Below, one piece after another: positions 60,628-64,000 of a stretch of DNA of 64,000 nucleotides (within the stretch, counting starts at the first letter, position 1; each line of letters begins with the position of its first letter). The position numbers and the translations under genes are program-made. The notes under the pieces were generated by a model, which did no database searches, was not told the origin of the DNA, and worked only from the letters and a program-made list of their open reading frames with translations. Source of the stretch: an uncultured Solirubrobacterales bacterium (lineage in GTDB: Bacteria > Actinomycetota > Thermoleophilia > Solirubrobacterales > JACPNS01); NCBI GenBank assembly GCA_937128795.1, contig CAKZMQ010000019.1, positions 45,571 through 109,570 of the forward strand, given 5' to 3'.

Positions 60628-61917
60628 CTACGCCAGCGCCGACTCGTTGAGAAACTCGTAGAGCGGGAACTTCTCAGCCAACGTAGTAACTCGCGCACGC
60701 AGTTCGTCGCGCTTCGCGGGGTTCCAATCCTCGGCAGCCAACGCGGTTGCGATGATCTCGCCGACTTCGGTGAAGTCCTCGTCCTGGAATCCACGCGTCG
60801 CCAGCGCCGGCGTTCCTATCCGCAGGCCACTGCTGACGGCCGGAGGGAGCGGGTCGAACGGGATCGAGTTGCGGTTGACGGTGATGTCGATCTCATGCAG
60901 ACGATCCTCGGCCTCCTGGCCGTTGAGACCAGAGCCCTGCAGGTCTGCGAGCACGAGGTGAACGTCGGTGCCGCCGGTCAGAACGTTCACACCCTGCGCG
61001 AGCATCTGATCGGCCAGGATTGACGCGCCGCGGCGGGTGCGCTGTTGGCGTTCCTTGAATTGCTCGGACGCGGCGATCTTGAATGCCACTGCCTTTCCCG
61101 CGATGATGTGCATCAGCGGACCACCCTGTTGCCCTGGGAACACCGCCGAGTTGAGCGCCTTGCCGTGCTCCTCCTTGGCGAGGATCATGCCGCTGCGACC
61201 GCCGCCGATCGTCTTGTGGATCGTCGTCGTGACGACATCGGCATGCGGCACAGGGTTGGGGTGTTCTCCGGCGGCCACGAGCCCAGCGAAGTGGGCCATG
61301 TCGACCATCAGCAACGCGCCAACCTCGTCGGCGATCGCGCGGAAGGCCTCAAAGTCGAGTTGGCGGGGGTAGGCGCTCCAACCGGCAACGATCAGCCTGG
61401 GTTTGCGTTCGCGGGCGATCTGTGCGACGTCTTCCATGTGGATCAGACAGTCCTCTTGCCGCACGCCGTAGGCGGCGATGTCGTAGAGGCGACCGGACAC
61501 GTTGATCTTCATCCCGTGGCTGAGGTGACCGCCGTGCGCCAGTTCAAGCCCGAGCAATGTCTCGCCGGGCTTGAGCAGCGCGTGGTAAACGGCAGTGTTT
61601 GCTTGCGCGCCGGAGTGCGGCTGGACGTTGGCGTACTCGGCGCCAAAGAGATCCTTGGCGCGGTCGATCGCGAGCTGTTCGGCAACATCAACGTGCTCGC
61701 AGCCGCCGTAGTAGCGCTTGCCGGGGTAACCCTCCGCGTACTTGTTGGTCAGCACCGAACCCTGGGCCTCAAGCACCGCTCGCGGCACGAAGTTCTCGCT
61801 GGCAATCATCTCCAGCGTGTCCTGTTGGCGGCCGAGTTCACTCTTCAGAACTTCGGCGATCGCCGGGTCGACCTCTTCGAGCGGGCGATTGAAGTAGTCG
61901 TCGGGTAGTTCGGCCAT
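60628..61917 (-). CDS. glyA: Serine hydroxymethyltransferase
   Basis: 429 aa. ..LEMIASENF.., ..[15 protein letters not shown].. (PLP-Lys region), ..[14 protein letters not shown]... Confidence 0.97.
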   Translation of the reverse strand: MAELPDDYFNRPLEEVDPAIAEVLKSELGRQQDTLEMIASENFVPRAVLEAQGSVLTNKYAEGYPGKRYYGGCEHVDVAEQLAIDRAKDLFGAEYANVQPHSGAQANTAVYHALLKPGETLLGLELAHGGHLSHGMKINVSGRLYDIAAYGVRQEDCLIHMEDVAQIARERKPRLIVAGWSAYPRQLDFEAFRAIADEVGALLMVDMAHFAGLVAAGEHPNPVPHADVVTTTIHKTIGGGRSGMILAKEEHGKALNSAVFPGQQGGPLMHIIAGKAVAFKIAASEQFKERQQRTRRGASILADQMLAQGVNVLTGGTDVHLVLADLQGSGLNGQEAEDRLHEIDITVNRNSIPFDPLPPAVSSGLRIGTPALATRGFQDEDFTEVGEIIATALAAEDWNPAKRDELRARVTTLAEKFPLYEFLNESALA

Positions 61918-61958
61918 GGCGCTGGGGATCTCCTGTGGTGCTGGTGGGGCTGAAAAAT

Positions 61959-62426
61959 TCAGTCGGGTTCGGTCAAGGCCTGGGCACTGTGGCGTTCGAT
62001 CGCGGTGATCTTCTCTACGCGGCGCTCGTGCCGTCCGCCCTCGAAATCAGTGCTGAGAAATCGGTCAACGATCTTCAACGCCGTGTCGGCGTCGGTCGTA
62101 CGCTCGCCAAGCGTGAGCACATTGGCGTTGTTGTGGCGACGACTCAGCTCTGCCTCGTCCGGGTCGTGCGCGTGGACGGCGCGCACGCCGTCGACCTTGT
62201 TGGCTGCGATCGAAACGCCGACGCCACTCCCGCATACGAGCACGCCTTTGTCGGCTGCGCCGGAAGCGACTTCACGAGACGCAGGCTCGGCGAAATCCGG
62301 ATAGTCGACCGACTCCTCAGATGTCGTGCCGAAGTCTTCGATCTCATGGCCCTGCTCGCGCAACGCAGCGGCAATTTGCTCCTTCAGAGCAAATCCAGCG
62401 TGGTCGGATGCAAGCGAGATCTTCAC
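61959..62426 (-). CDS. rpiB: Ribose-5-phosphate isomerase B (RpiB/LacAB family)
   Basis: [18 protein letters not shown].., ..[17 protein letters not shown].., 155 aa. Confidence 0.9.
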   Translation of the reverse strand: MKISLASDHAGFALKEQIAAALREQGHEIEDFGTTSEESVDYPDFAEPASREVASGAADKGVLVCGSGVGVSIAANKVDGVRAVHAHDPDEAELSRRHNNANVLTLGERTTDADTALKIVDRFLSTDFEGGRHERRVEKITAIERHSAQALTEPD

Positions 62427-62472
62427 CGTTTCACCGTAGCAATCCGGCTAGCGGCCACGGCGCGGCCGCGAG

Positions 62473-63330
62473 CTACGCCGCGTGCGTCAAGCGGGGCTGC
62501 GAATCGCCGGACGACTCGCCCGACTCAGTCGCATCAGATACGCGGCCGGCAAATTCGTCGCGTTCGTAGCAGCGGATGCCCGTGCCCATTTCGTTCTGGA
62601 GATTGCGCAGGGCGAGCCTTGCGTTGTCGACTACGTGCGTGGGATCGACTGTGTCCTCGTCGAACGCGGCGATGCCAACGGACAGCGTCATCGGTCGCGT
62701 GACGTGCGCGTACTCGCTGTGCCCGCAGCTCTGGAAGAAGAATCGCTCGCACGCTCGCTCGCAACCAATCACGGCACCTTTGGCCAACGTGTCAACCAGC
62801 AACACCGCGACTTGGCGCTCCCCGATCCGACCGAGCGAGTCGGTCTTGCGGATCGATTCGCCTAGCGACTCGGCAAGCAATTTCAATCCATTTACCTGGT
62901 CCTCGTCGGACAGCAACGCGAAGCCGTCGATCTCGAAGATGGCCACCGAATAGCGGACGTTGGTGCGCTTGGTGCGCGAATGCTCGGCCGCGAGGCGTTC
63001 CTGAAAGAGACGCTCGTTCGGCAGGCCGGTGACGATGTCCACACGCTGCTCCTCGGCGAAGCGCTTGAACACCTCGGACTCCCTCGATTGCCGGGCCAGC
63101 CCGGTGGCAAGCAACAGCATTCCAAAGGTGAGCGCGATCAGGAGCGGCGCCACGCTGTCGAGTGGTATCGACAAACCTGCGCCCACGGCGACCAGCAGGC
63201 TCGTTCGAACGAACATCGAGCTTGAGCGCGCATAGCTGTCAGAACCGGCGTTTCGGGACTGCGAGATGCCGACGAGCACCGGAACGAGTGCAGTGGCCAG
63301 GACCACGTAAATGAGTGCTGTTTCTTCCAT
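62473..63330 (-). CDS. Membrane-anchored GGDEF-domain protein with degenerate active site
   Basis: Three N-terminal TM segments. TGLPNERLF (for LTGLxNRR), FEIDGFALLSD (for DxDxFKxxND), and RIGERQ at 62812-62829 in place of RxGG[DE]EF. Confidence 0.75.
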   Translation of the reverse strand: MEETALIYVVLATALVPVLVGISQSRNAGSDSYARSSSMFVRTSLLVAVGAGLSIPLDSVAPLLIALTFGMLLLATGLARQSRESEVFKRFAEEQRVDIVTGLPNERLFQERLAAEHSRTKRTNVRYSVAIFEIDGFALLSDEDQVNGLKLLAESLGESIRKTDSLGRIGERQVAVLLVDTLAKGAVIGCERACERFFFQSCGHSEYAHVTRPMTLSVGIAAFDEDTVDPTHVVDNARLALRNLQNEMGTGIRCYERDEFAGRVSDATESGESSGDSQPRLTHAA

Positions 63331-63430
63331 CTGAGGTGACGCGCGGACCGCATCGATTCGCGCACTGTGTACTTATCGGTAAGTCGGCGGGTTCCTCAAG
63401 CTCGCAAGCGAACGTGCCGCGCCGCTCTGG

Positions 63431-64000
63431 CTAATCGGACGGCGGAAAACCGATCAGCTCGGTCAGACGACCCGAAATGCGCGGCTGTTCGGCGCGGAGG
63501 AGCCGCCAGCGACCGTCTGACAACTCGGAGACGTCGGCCACCGTCGAGGCGTATCCCAGCAATGGCCCTCCGTCGAGCGCGAGATCGACGCCCGCGACTA
63601 TCGACGGATCGATGTCTTCGAGCGCGGTCGGATGCGCCCCACCGCTGAGGTTTGCGCTCGTCTGCATCACGCATGCATCGACCGCTGAGAGCGGCTCGAG
63701 GTACCCCTCCAGTTTCGGAACGCGCAGACCGAGCTTTTCGGGCGTCGAGGCGCACGCTGCGGCGTATCTGTGGTGGGGATTGGCCACGACCAGCGTGAAC
63801 GGCCCCGGCAACAGCTGTTCGGCGAGCACGCGGACCGCGGGATCGAGTTCATCGCCGATTTCCCGGAGCAGCCGATCGAGACTGAAGAACATCACTGCGG
63901 ACGGCTTCACCGACGGGCGGCCTTTCAGTGCATAGATGCGGTCTGCCGCGGATTGATCGTCGGGATCACAGGCGATCCCGTAGAGCGTGTCGGTGGGGAA
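63431..64000 (-). CDS. YrdC/Sua5-family threonylcarbamoyl-AMP synthase (5' end beyond window)
   Basis: The minus-strand frame is open to nt 64000. It reads ..PTDTLYGIACDPDDQSAADRIYALKGRPSVKPSAVMFFS..PGPFTLVV..LGLRVP.., typical YrdC-domain motifs. Confidence 0.8.
   Translation of the reverse strand, partial: FPTDTLYGIACDPDDQSAADRIYALKGRPSVKPSAVMFFSLDRLLREIGDELDPAVRVLAEQLLPGPFTLVVANPHHRYAAACASTPEKLGLRVPKLEGYLEPLSAVDACVMQTSANLSGGAHPTALEDIDPSIVAGVDLALDGGPLLGYASTVADVSELSDGRWRLLRAEQPRISGRLTELIGFPPSD

Overview
This is a 64-kb high-GC chromosomal segment. Hand counts of 60-nt samples give about 60-70% G+C in most genes. Gene content and order look like a monoderm Actinomycetota-type genome, but the taxon is inference only. 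Backbone genes, mostly on the minus strand: two S-adenosylhomocysteine hydrolases, nadA/nadC, prfB, secA-hpf-comF, and a sugar-nucleotide/cell-envelope cluster. That cluster holds two NDP-sugar pyrophosphorylases, PGI/PMI, a UDP-glucose dehydrogenase-type enzyme, an LCP ligase and an M20 peptidase. Also present are a complete F1Fo ATP synthase operon (atpI-position gene, atpBEFHAGDC), wecA, glyA, rpiB, a degenerate GGDEF protein and a 5'-truncated YrdC/Sua5-family gene. Accessory content at 0-13 kb: an ECF sigma factor fused to its own zf-HC2 anti-sigma domain, a large secreted Ig-like protein, an S8 subtilase and two tandem S1 proteases. All four secreted proteins end in very basic beta-rich tails. 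A VapBC pair lies at 19.4-20.1 kb. Two very large secreted repeat proteins interrupt the otherwise conserved sua5-rpiB-glyA-wecA-atp neighbourhood. The most interesting locus is 41.95-51.35 kb. It is a lower-GC (~45-55%) three-gene module encoding a 2739-aa secreted protein. That protein has a signal peptide, a ~470-aa N-terminal domain, 15 two-cysteine Ig-like modules, FN3-like modules, a papain-like Amidase_6-type domain with a DCTNF..NHLAFV signature, and an orphan Cys-containing C-terminal domain. It is translationally coupled (TAATG) to two small, weakly paralogous exported proteins, one signal-anchored and one a lipoprotein. I read this as a candidate polymorphic-toxin/immunity or wall-remodelling system. 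Next to it are a DUF360/holin-family-4 gene with a GH16 glycosidase, and a ~2100-aa protein of 22 Ig-like modules ending in a paralogous GH16 domain. That protein contains an 818-bp perfect in-frame internal duplication. A 23-bp-stem perfect palindrome occurs twice as a REP-like terminator element. I recognised no rRNA, tRNA, CRISPR array, transposase or integrase. All domain calls come from motif recognition by eye, with no database search.
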